Assembly (NCBI GenBank): GCA_965206645.1
Contig: CBDBKE010000004.1
Location: 1,088,001 to 1,152,000 of the forward strand
Source: Terriglobia bacterium
GTDB taxonomy: Bacteria > Acidobacteriota > Terriglobia > JAJPHL01 > JAPKYU01
Length of the DNA stretch: 64,000 nucleotides
Reading direction: 5' to 3'
The position numbers were made by a program, and so were the translations under genes. Below, in pieces: positions 55,754-64,000 of this stretch (within the stretch, counting starts at the first letter, position 1; each line of letters opens with the position of its first letter). A model generated the notes under the pieces. The model was not told the DNA's origin. It was given only the letters and a program-made list of their open reading frames with translations, and ran no database searches.

Positions 55754-57403
55754 CCCGGATTTCCTTTTTGAAAACGCAGCGGCAACCTTCAGCTAACCTC
55801 CAACGTCAATGTTGATACTGGTTGCAGCATCAATCGGAGCGTTCGGAGGCGTAAACCCAATGGGTGAGAGCGAAAAACAGGGATTTCAGCTGTCGTTCAA
55901 CCGATTTCTGCGAGTCGGGTTTCAGAGATCACGGGTGACTTCCAATGGTGGACTGATTCTGGTCCGGGAGTTGGATGAGCGTCTGGGATTCAGCGAACTC
56001 ATTGACGAGCACCTGACCGATTCGCGGGCAAACAATGCTCGGTTTTCTTTCGCGGACTTGCTGCGGCAGTCGGTCTACAGTCGCCTAGCTGGATACGAGG
56101 ATGTAAATGATGCCGAGCGGCTGTCGCAAGACCCGACCTTTCAGCTGATTGGTTCAGAGAAGACTTGGGAACGAGGCGCGGCGCTGACCTCCAGGTTGCA
56201 AACTTTCGAGACGGAGATGCTGGCGAAGGTGGAGAACTTCGTCGGGTTAGCCCGGATCAACCGGGAACTGATCGGAAAGGTCGAAGCCTTCCAGTGGCAC
56301 TACCGAGCGGTGCTGGATATGGACTTAACCGAGATTCCGGTCTACGGGGAGCAGGAACAGAGCGCCTACAACGGACACTTCGAGTCCACTTGCTATCACC
56401 CGCTGCTTTTGTTCAATCGAGACGGCGACTGTCTGGCAGCCCAGCTCCGTCCGGGCAACGTGCACAGCGCCAAGGACTGGAACGAGTTGCTGCTGCCCGA
56501 GATTGAGCGCCAGCAAAGAATGGGAAAAGAGATTGCGTTTCGGGCGGACGCGGCCTTTGCCAAGCCGGAGGTGTACGAGGCATTGGAGGAACGGGGTGTG
56601 AAGTACGCAATTCGCATCCCGGCCAACGATATTCTGCAGCGAGACATCGAAGAGCTACTGAAACGCCCCGTGGGAAGGCCCACCAAGAAACCGCTGGTCG
56701 AGTACAAGGGGTTCTTGTACCAGGCAGCCGGTTGGAAGACGGCTCGAAGGGTGGTGGCGAAAGTAGAGCATCATTCCGGGGAGTTGTTCCCGCGAGTGGG
56801 GTTCATTGTAACGAATCTGACGCTGCCGAATCGGGCGGTGGTGCGGTTCTATAACAAGCGCGGCACCGCAGAACAGTGGATCAAGGAAGGCAAGCAGGCG
56901 GTGAAGATGACGCGGCTCAGTTGCCACAAGTTCCGATCTAACGAGGTACGGCTTTGGCTGACGATCATCGCCTACAACCTGGGCAACCTATGGCGACGGC
57001 TAGTGCTGCCACAGAGAATCGAGAAGTGGTCCTTGACGAGCCTCCAGCAGCGGCTGGTGAAAACCGGAGGACGGCTCCTAAAACACGCACGGTACTACTG
57101 GCTCCTGCTGGCCGAGGGCCATTTGACCCGACGGCTGTTTGCCAGCATGCTGGGGCGGATCGATGGATTGGCACTCCCGTCGGGATAGCCTGGGCTACGG
57201 CACACAAGAAAACGATGCCGCTACCCCCCAGGTATGGAAGCGTGTCTGAAAAAGCTGGTTCTGGAAGCCGCGACGACGGGCTTTCAGGACCCGGCGAGGA
57301 CCGCTCGGAGCCCCCAGAGTGAAGAACTGTGCTGGAAAGGCTCAGTTGAAGGCCAATGGTTGTATACTCACGAGTGCCGGAGGACCAAAACACTAATTCC
57401 CGG
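55754..57403 (+). mobile_element. IS1380-family element, copy 2 (transposase 55809-57188)
   Basis: Same left end; 3' half of the ORF near-identical to copy 1. Confidence 0.92.
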
Positions 57404-57435
57404 TCAGTACTCACACTTATTGCTAGGAGGGAGAC

Positions 57436-57909
57436 ATGAACAACTGTCGATTAGCGTGGCGAGGAATCATGTTGATGGGATTAGCGCTGCTGCTCTTCCC
57501 GGCAAGGGCCGTTCCTGACCAGCCGCGTGAGTTACTCCAGCGAATCGGAGAACAAGAGGAGTGCTACCTCATTCAGATTGCTCTGGGTCAGCTCGGCTAT
57601 TTGGGTGCCAAAGCGGAGAAGGTCAGTACTGAAGCAGGGAAGTTCTTCAAAGTCGAGTTCGGCCCGTTGTACCGTGTGCAAACGATCTCTGTGACCGGAA
57701 TCGAGCGCCTGCCTGTGGACGAGTTGCTGAAGGAAGCACCGAAGCCTGGAGACGTGTATTCGCCAATGCTCATGAACTCCTGGCTAGCTTTCGTCGAGAA
57801 GAGATACGCTGAGCGAGGACTATCCATCAGGACCGTGAGCACGCTAAGGAGCTACGACCACGTTAAGCACCTTGTCAACGAAATAGTGGAGTTTAGAGAA
57901 GGCATCTGA
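57436..57909 (+). CDS. Exported hypothetical protein, POTRA-like segment
   Basis: AGGAGG RBS; signal peptide; GP.Y.V..I.V.G...PGDVYS. Confidence 0.6.
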   Translation: MNNCRLAWRGIMLMGLALLLFPARAVPDQPRELLQRIGEQEECYLIQIALGQLGYLGAKAEKVSTEAGKFFKVEFGPLYRVQTISVTGIERLPVDELLKEAPKPGDVYSPMLMNSWLAFVEKRYAERGLSIRTVSTLRSYDHVKHLVNEIVEFREGI

Positions 57910-58112
57910 GGCGGGGACGCACGATGCCGACCGACGTGGCTTCGTATAACTCCGAGCCTGTTTGCAAGACGAAGCAAGGGCAATTTAGCTTCTTGGTATT
58001 GAGCGCAGGGAGTGTACTCTCCGCCGAAGGGCCCGAGGAGTGGAATGCGAGCACATTTGTGGACAAAAGGGTTCTGCGGGCTAATACCTAGTGCTTTCTT
58101 GCCAGGAGGGTG

Positions 58113-58164
58113 TGCCCGGACCGATTTTTTGTACCAGTCGTTGTGATGTAAACTCTCTCACAAC
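58113..58164 (-). mobile_element. Isolated IS3 right-end remnant
   Basis: Matches 9916-9967 except for an inverted 11-nt loop. Confidence 0.7.
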
Positions 58165-58283
58165 GGCATTGTCAAGTTGACGAAAAGCTCGTCGATCGAC
58201 CCCCAAAATATTGGGCTCCAGCCCGTCTCGAACCCACCATGCTGAGCATCAAAAACAGCCGTCAGCCTCAACTTGACAATACC
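58165..58283. mobile_element. Second IS6-type MITE (119 bp, different body)
   Basis: GGCATTGTCAAGTTGA / TCAACTTGACAATACC, 15/16 TIR match. Confidence 0.7.
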
Positions 58284-58529
58284 ATTCCAAGAGACGGCGC
58301 TGCGCCGGCAGGATCGAGGGCGGCGAGGGGTGCAAGATTAGCACCCCCTTGGCCGTGGCGTAGTTCAATGCGGGCCAACTGATCTTGATCTTTTTCAACG
58401 ACTGGGCCGTAGTTCGATCCGGCCGTGCCTGGCTTCCGGCGGTGAATTGATTGTGTTCAGGAGAAGAGAGGGCTACCCTGTTACGGGCAGAAGCCCAAAC
58501 TGGGAATTCAGGATGAATGACTGCAACTT

Positions 58530-58766
58530 ATGATTCTGATCAATATCATCGATCTCTACTCGTTGATCGTTTTAGGCGCGGTCATACTCTCGTGGGTCCA
58601 CCTCCCATCTGGCAACCCGGTTGTCCAGTTTGTTAACAGGCTTACCGAACCGCTGTTACAGCCGATTCGGCGCGCGCTCCCGGCCATGGGTGGACTGGAT
58701 TTCTCGCCGGTGGTTCTTCTGGTTGGACTACAAATAGTGAAAAGGTTTCTTAGCTCTGCCCTGTAG
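58530..58766 (+). CDS. YggT-family membrane protein
   Basis: ILSWV..NP.VQF..LTEP.L.PIRR..P..GGLDFSP. Confidence 0.9.
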   Translation: MILINIIDLYSLIVLGAVILSWVHLPSGNPVVQFVNRLTEPLLQPIRRALPAMGGLDFSPVVLLVGLQIVKRFLSSAL

Positions 58767-58844
58767 TGTTTCACGTCCGTATGGGGACTTCCCTTTCCTT
58801 CACCCCGGCCACGACCCACTGATTCCCGGTTGAACGATCGGGGC

Positions 58845-59675
58845 GGTTGTGTTGCAACTTTGGCCGACGGCGACTGGTAACCTGAAGAGATCATGAAAAA
58901 GACAATCCGACCGGTGATCTTCAAGTGGCGACAAACCGAGCCCGAGCTGATTCTTTGCGCTGTGCGCTGGTACCTACGGTACTCACTCTCGTTCCGCGAT
59001 GTCGAAGAGCTGCTCGGCGAGCGCGGCCTGAAGACAGACTACACGACAATCTGGCGCTGGGTCCAGCGCTACGGTCCCGAACTGGAGGAGCGGCTACGCC
59101 GTCATCTCAAGCCAACCAATAAGTCCTGGCGTGTCGATGAGACCTACATTCGTGTCAAGGGTCGCTGGTGTTACCTCTACCGAGCCATCGATTCCACCGG
59201 TGCCACGATCGACTTCGTGCTCTCGGGGTTGCGCGATGCCGCTACGGCCAAACGCCTGTTTCGCAAGGCGCTGACGGATCCGTCGCATCCGCAGCCCCGC
59301 GTCATCAACACCGACCAGGCACGCCTTTATGGCGCTACGATTTCAGGACTGAAGCAGGAAGGAATCTTGCGACGCCGTTGCCGCCACCGGCCTGTCCAAT
59401 ACTTGAACAACATCCTGGAGCAGGATCATCGAGCGATCGAACGACGCGTAAAGGCGAAGCAGGGTTTTCGTGAATTCCACGCGGCGCGGCGAACGATTCA
59501 GGGATACGAGGCCATACACATGATCCGGAAGGGACAGGCGAGACGGGTGAACGGTTCAGATGTTCGGCAACAGATTCAGTTCATCAACAAGCTGTTCGAA
59601 GTGGCTGCATAAGATGGGGCCCGGTCGACCCAACCAGTCGCTCTCTTGCTGATTTTTGAAAGTTGCAACACATCC
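58845..59675 (+). mobile_element. IS6-family element (intact transposase 58893-59612)
   Basis: GGTTGTGTTGCAACTT / AAGTTGCAACACATCC; WRVDETY, LNNILEQDHR. Confidence 0.93.
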
Positions 59676-60026
59676 CTCTTTCTTCATGGCCGACAAGAGA
59701 CGTCCAGCATAAGATATATCAAGGCTCAAGGGTGGCACGCTCGGCAGTGCTAATTGTCAGCCGCTCTATCGATGGACGTAGTTGCTCAAAGGAGCGGTTA
59801 CGCGACGATCCGGCCCAGACGGGTTTTCAAGGACTTCGTCGTTGCGAAACGGTGTCGCAGTATTGATTCGTTTGGCGATACCTTTGTGCAGCGCTAATCG
59901 GTTCCGCACACGTCTCCGCAAATGACCAGGACACCGCGGCTCAGGCGGCGCTGAAAGCGACTCGGTGAGAACGCCGCTTTCGCGAGAAAGCTTTCCGGCC
60001 CCGATGACGCCTGCGTCAGAGCGACT

Positions 60027-60344
60027 TCAGTCTCTCGCTACCGCGAACAGACTCTTAACCGCTACGACCAAGACCGCGCCCCCCAGGAAGAGCACGAGAT
60101 TTGCGATGATCCGGGTCGTCCCCTCCCCGACGTAGGGGATCGCTCCGACGGCGTTGGCCGCTACGATCAGCGCTATCGCCGCTAAGAGGAAGGTCTGACT
60201 CTCCTTGTTGCTGATATTCAAGAATCCGACGATCAGGCCGAGCACTGCTAGCGCCCAGCCAAACCAGGTCTGTTCAAAGCCCAAGCCTCCGGCCACAGCA
60301 ATCACTAGTCCAACCACAAAAGAGACCTTGCCCACTAGCGCCAT
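60027..60344 (-). CDS. Small four-TM membrane protein
   Basis: GGAGG RBS; LGLIVGFLNI...E...FL.A.IAL. Confidence 0.7.
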   Translation of the reverse strand: MALVGKVSFVVGLVIAVAGGLGFEQTWFGWALAVLGLIVGFLNISNKESQTFLLAAIALIVAANAVGAIPYVGEGTTRIIANLVLFLGGAVLVVAVKSLFAVARD

Positions 60345-60507
60345 TGTTCCTCCTTGTCTAAGTAACGGGATTGCAGACATATGGGATATTATCACAGCTG
60401 GTCGAAACCGGAAAACAAAGCCCCAGACGGCGTGGCCGATGACGTCCGCGACGGCACCTACCAGGGCTACTGATGCCGGTCTCACGCCGGCGTTAGCGCC
60501 TTCCCGC

Positions 60508-61570
60508 GGCGTTGTTGCAGAAATCTGACTCCATCCCCAACGCTCTCCCTCCTGATAGGCTAGGGGATGGGCAAAAGCGACTACACCTTCCGATATAAGG
60601 TTCGCAACTGGCCGGAGTACAACCGGGCTCTGGTGAAACGTGGGCAGCTGACACTGTGGTTCGACACGGAGGCAGTCGCTGCCTGGCGTCATCCAGGACC
60701 CTTCGAAGGGCGAGGCCGGCCCAAGGTCTACGCAGATGCGGCGATCCAATGTGCGCTGGTCCTGAATTCGGTGTTTCACCTCAACCTACGGACCACTCAA
60801 GGGTTCCTTCAATCCATCGTGGCGCTCATGGCTCTCGACCTCCCAGTGCCCAACTACAGCACGGTGAGCCGAAGGCAAAGCGCCGTCGACGTTCGACTGA
60901 GTGTAGGGCCCACGGATCGACCACGACATGTCGTCATCGATTCGACGGGCCTGAAGATCTACGGAGCCGGTGAGTGGCACATCAGAAAACACCGAACCCT
61001 CCGCCGTAGGACATGGCGAAAGCTCCACCTAGGCGTCGATGAGACGACGAAAGAGATCGTTGCGATGGACCTGACTGCGAGCAACGTCCACGACGCCCGA
61101 AGGCTCTCTTCGTTGCTGTCTAAGACTCCTGGTTCGATCGGGCAAGTCTCCGCAGACCGGGCCTACGACACGGGTTCCTGCTACGAGGCCGTGCTCCAGC
61201 ACGACGCTATCGTGACGATCTTGCCGCGACGCAATGCACGATGCAGCCGAGACTCTCATCCGCCTCCGTGGCGTGCGATGCGTGATACCCATCTCCGGCG
61301 TATTAGGACGCAGGGCCGTTATGAGTGGCGGAAGTCGAGTGGCTGCACTCGCCAGAGCGTGGCGGAGAATGCGGTCTCACGGTACAAGGCGATACTCGGG
61401 GGTAAGCCTCTCGGCCCGCACGGTCAAGAACCAAAAAGTCGAAGCCGCGATCAAGTGCGCTGTGCTGAACCGGATGGCGGAGCTTGGAATGCCACGATCG
61501 GAGCGCGTGTACTGAGGCGGATGAGCTTCTCCGCCCGGTTCACCGCGAGCGCGAATTACGCAACAACGCC
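60508..61570 (+). mobile_element. IS5-family IS903-group element; transposase from 60567 frameshifted near 61405
   Basis: GGCGTTGTTGC / GCAACAACGCC; NWPEYNRAL..RG, DSTGLK, WRKLH, DRAYD. Confidence 0.9.
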
Positions 61571-61930
61571 CAACGCTGCCGAGGGTGCACAGGTCTATAC
61601 AGACCAGCATCGCTCATATGACGGATTGCCAAACCATCAGGAGGTGTGCCATAGTGTCGGCGAATTTGTGAGGGGGCAAGCTCACACAAACGGCGTAGAG
61701 AGTTTCTGGGCAGTGTTGAAACGGGGATACTACGGGACGTTTCACAAGATGAGCCCGAAGCATCTTAATCGGTACGTTCGGGAATTCGCCGGACGGCACA
61801 ACATCCGCGGCCTTGACACTATCGACCAAATGGCCCACATCGCTCGCGGGTTGGATCAGAAGCGTTTGCGGTACGCAGACTTGGCAAGGTAGACTCCATG
61901 CGGCTCGCAAATGCAGGAGACTTATTTCCC

Positions 61931-62170
61931 ATGCAAACGCTAGACACGCAACTCGCTTATTTCAAAAAACATCAGATGGAACTTGCGGAGGAGCACTATG
62001 GCAAATTCGTGTTGATACACGATGAGTCGATAGTGAGCTTCTATGAATTAGAATTGGATGCCTATGCCGCTGCCAAGCGTAACTACGACGGAGGCACATT
62101 TCTAATCCGGCGGTGTCTCAAGCCTGAAGAAGAAACGGCCCAAGTATTCCATTCTCGGGTAGCAATATAG
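61931..62170 (+). CDS. DUF5678-like small protein
   Basis: F......L...H.GKFVLI....I...+.....AY. Confidence 0.65.
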   Translation: MQTLDTQLAYFKKHQMELAEEHYGKFVLIHDESIVSFYELELDAYAAAKRNYDGGTFLIRRCLKPEEETAQVFHSRVAI

Positions 62171-62182
62171 CGGAGCCCATCT

Positions 62183-62725
62183 TTGCCGCAAAACATCCGT
62201 CGGTCGGCGTTCACAACAAAATTTAACACCAAGTCTAACATTCTCATCTCGGATGTCGGAATTAGTGAGGCCGAGCACCCTACCTCAGAAAATCCCCAAC
62301 CATCAGTCATCAAGTTCAATGCCATTTGGGATACGGGAGCTTCTGGATCAGTAATAAATCAGCAAGTAATTTCGGCACTGGGGCTTCAGCCAATAGACAA
62401 GAAGGAAGTCAACACGGCGAACGGCAAGCGAAATGCCAGCGTGTATTTGGTGGACATCTACCTCCCAAACAAAGTGGTATTTCCAGCAGTACGCGTCACT
62501 GATGGCGACATATTAGGCTCTTCCGTTCTGATCGGAATGGATATAATCGGGAGCGGCGATTTTGCTGTTACGCATTCAGACGGCAAGACCTGCATGAGTT
62601 TTCAAATTCCTCCCAATGCAGAGATCGACTTCGTCGAAGAGATCAATAAGACGATAGAATATCCAAAGAACAAGTCGAGGGGAAATCGCCAAAGGATGCC
62701 GTGGGACAGTAAGCGGCGCCACTAA
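62183..62725 (+). CDS. Retropepsin-like aspartyl protease
   Basis: AIWDTGAS and LIGMDII. Confidence 0.85.
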   Translation: MPQNIRRSAFTTKFNTKSNILISDVGISEAEHPTSENPQPSVIKFNAIWDTGASGSVINQQVISALGLQPIDKKEVNTANGKRNASVYLVDIYLPNKVVFPAVRVTDGDILGSSVLIGMDIIGSGDFAVTHSDGKTCMSFQIPPNAEIDFVEEINKTIEYPKNKSRGNRQRMPWDSKRRH

Positions 62726-62771
62726 GGTCTCTGTGGGGGGCCGGCCCCAATGCCGAGACTTGGAACAGACC

Positions 62772-62918
62772 ATGAGCAAACCTAACCCCAAGCGAGGCCG
62801 CCCAATCACGCGCCGGGTCGAGATTCACGCGACCGCAGAGCAGATTGCGAAGGCGCTTTTCAGGAATGCCAAACCTCCTGATCCCGGCAAGCGAATCATC
62901 AAGAAGCCCAGGGACTAA
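62772..62918 (+). CDS. 48-aa basic protein
   Basis: KRGRP...ATAEQIAKALF; lies just inside the putative IS end. Confidence 0.4.
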   Translation: MSKPNPKRGRPITRRVEIHATAEQIAKALFRNAKPPDPGKRIIKKPRD

Positions 62919-62951
62919 TCGCGTCCTTGGCTAGTAAAATGGATAATTCCC

Positions 62952-63257
62952 GTAAATTTCCTTGTCTACCGAAAAGGATAGGCCAAGCGGAACCTGTGGG
63001 GCCATGGCCTCGCACACACGAGAGACAAACTTTTCCTTTTCGCCCCGCCTCCAGCCCTTAAAGTCGCGGTCCGTATTGTGAAGGTCTCTCGCGTGCAGGA
63101 CCTCAACACCAAATTCCTTGAATACCGGCTCGACGTTCCTTTCAAAGAGTGACCATGCTGCATCCCTAGCCACGTATCCGGCCAAGGTCGTAATGGGGTT
63201 CTTAGGATCTTTCCCACTGTCGTCGAGGTAACAAACAAACACGTCTAATTTCTCCAA
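62952..63257 (-). pseudogene. DUF3800 (RNase H-like) protein, 3'-truncated
   Basis: YLDDSG...TLAGYV...W..F...LHA. Confidence 0.65.
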
Positions 63258-63509
63258 GCTCGCATACTAACTCAATCAGCTGCGCTGGAGTGGGATTGTC
63301 GGATACTACCCCGAACGCCCGTCGCGTCATCAAGCTGCTGATGCAGCTCCTCCGGTTCGCTTTAGCCCTTCGAGTGTGACTCGTCGAGCGCCAGCGGTGA
63401 GGTTGATTTCCTATGGCTGGAAGCTCGCTTTTCCGGCCCCCTCTTATCCCTACCGGGAAGACCCTAAGAAAAAGGGCCGCCAGGCCGGGCCGCCTCGGTC
63501 CGGGTTTCC

Positions 63510-64000
63510 TCAGATGGTGGGTAGCGTTTCGATGTTCACGATCCAGCGAGAGGGAATAGCTTCACAGAATCCCATACCACAGTCGAGTTGGAGGGTTCCA
63601 CAGTCGAACTCCGGGTGTGCCAGGGTGTAGCTCCAAGCCTTGAGGAAGTCTTCGACAAGGTTGGGCAGTTGGCCTCTTTCAAGCCGGGCAGCGATGGAAA
63701 GGTACCGATTGGCTCTATTCAACGCGACGGGTCCGGGTACGGCGACCTGGATGATCCTTGCTTTGCCATCCTCTCTAAGGAGTTCCGTTCCTTCGTCACC
63801 GAGAAGCGCGTATGCCACGTGTTGGTCGAATTCGGACCCATGAGCCAGGTAGTGATTGAAGCCGTGGAGCAGTCCGCAACGGGAGAGCGTCAGAGAAACT
63901 TGCCCCTCTCGGTGCCCGGCTCTGTTGCCCTCTCCATACTTGAGCAAGGCCGCATTGAGCGCCTCTTCGTTCCATCGCGGATGGCATGAAAGCGCTCTGA
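63510..64000 (-). CDS. Hypothetical protein, C-terminal part
   Basis: Frame open toward the window end; no motif recognised. Confidence 0.45.
   Translation of the reverse strand, partial: RALSCHPRWNEEALNAALLKYGEGNRAGHREGQVSLTLSRCGLLHGFNHYLAHGSEFDQHVAYALLGDEGTELLREDGKARIIQVAVPGPVALNRANRYLSIAARLERGQLPNLVEDFLKAWSYTLAHPEFDCGTLQLDCGMGFCEAIPSRWIVNIETLPTI

Larger units (their letters stand above)
61571..62951 (+). mobile_element. IS1595-family element (3' part) with passenger genes
   Basis: VYTD..Y...H.....HTNGVESFW..LKRG..G..H..S.KHL.RY..EF..R; putative end TGGATAATTCCC truncates the DUF3800 gene. Confidence 0.7.

Noticed and set aside
60567-61892. 441-aa IS5-IS1595 fusion transposase
   Set aside because: Artefact of a frameshift reading through the IS903-like right IR into an IS1595 remnant

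Overview
An IS-saturated, partly decayed accessory/defence island (about 60% GC by eye). Several genes suggest an Acidobacteriota-like host, which is inference. Intact cargo includes an in-frame DNA topoisomerase III-RecQ-HRDC fusion (1423 aa), a 1780-aa SF1 helicase/Vsr-type nuclease, katG, an S1/P1 nuclease, HigBA, a ClpP-like protease, HNH and CoiA-like nucleases and a bactofilin. There is also a UGA-recoded (Sec) AhpC/SelL-like selenoprotein that the ORF track truncates. Most restriction/defence genes (MmeI-like, Eco57I-like, Type III Mod, DUF499 ATPase, DUF3800) are cut by mobile elements. Mobile elements seen: IS3 (two types plus fragments), IS1182, IS1380, IS6, IS5, IS630, IS256, IS30, IS1595, a Tn3 end, and four copies of a 131-bp IS6-type MITE. 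One IS1380 copy moved with about 1.4 kb of adjacent DNA via an alternative right end (5-bp TTAAG target duplication). Three relics of one plasmid/integrative-element family share a structured non-coding leader, a small SSB-like gene, an AT-rich inverted repeat and RepA/VirB2 remnants. All family assignments come from motif recognition; no database searches were run.
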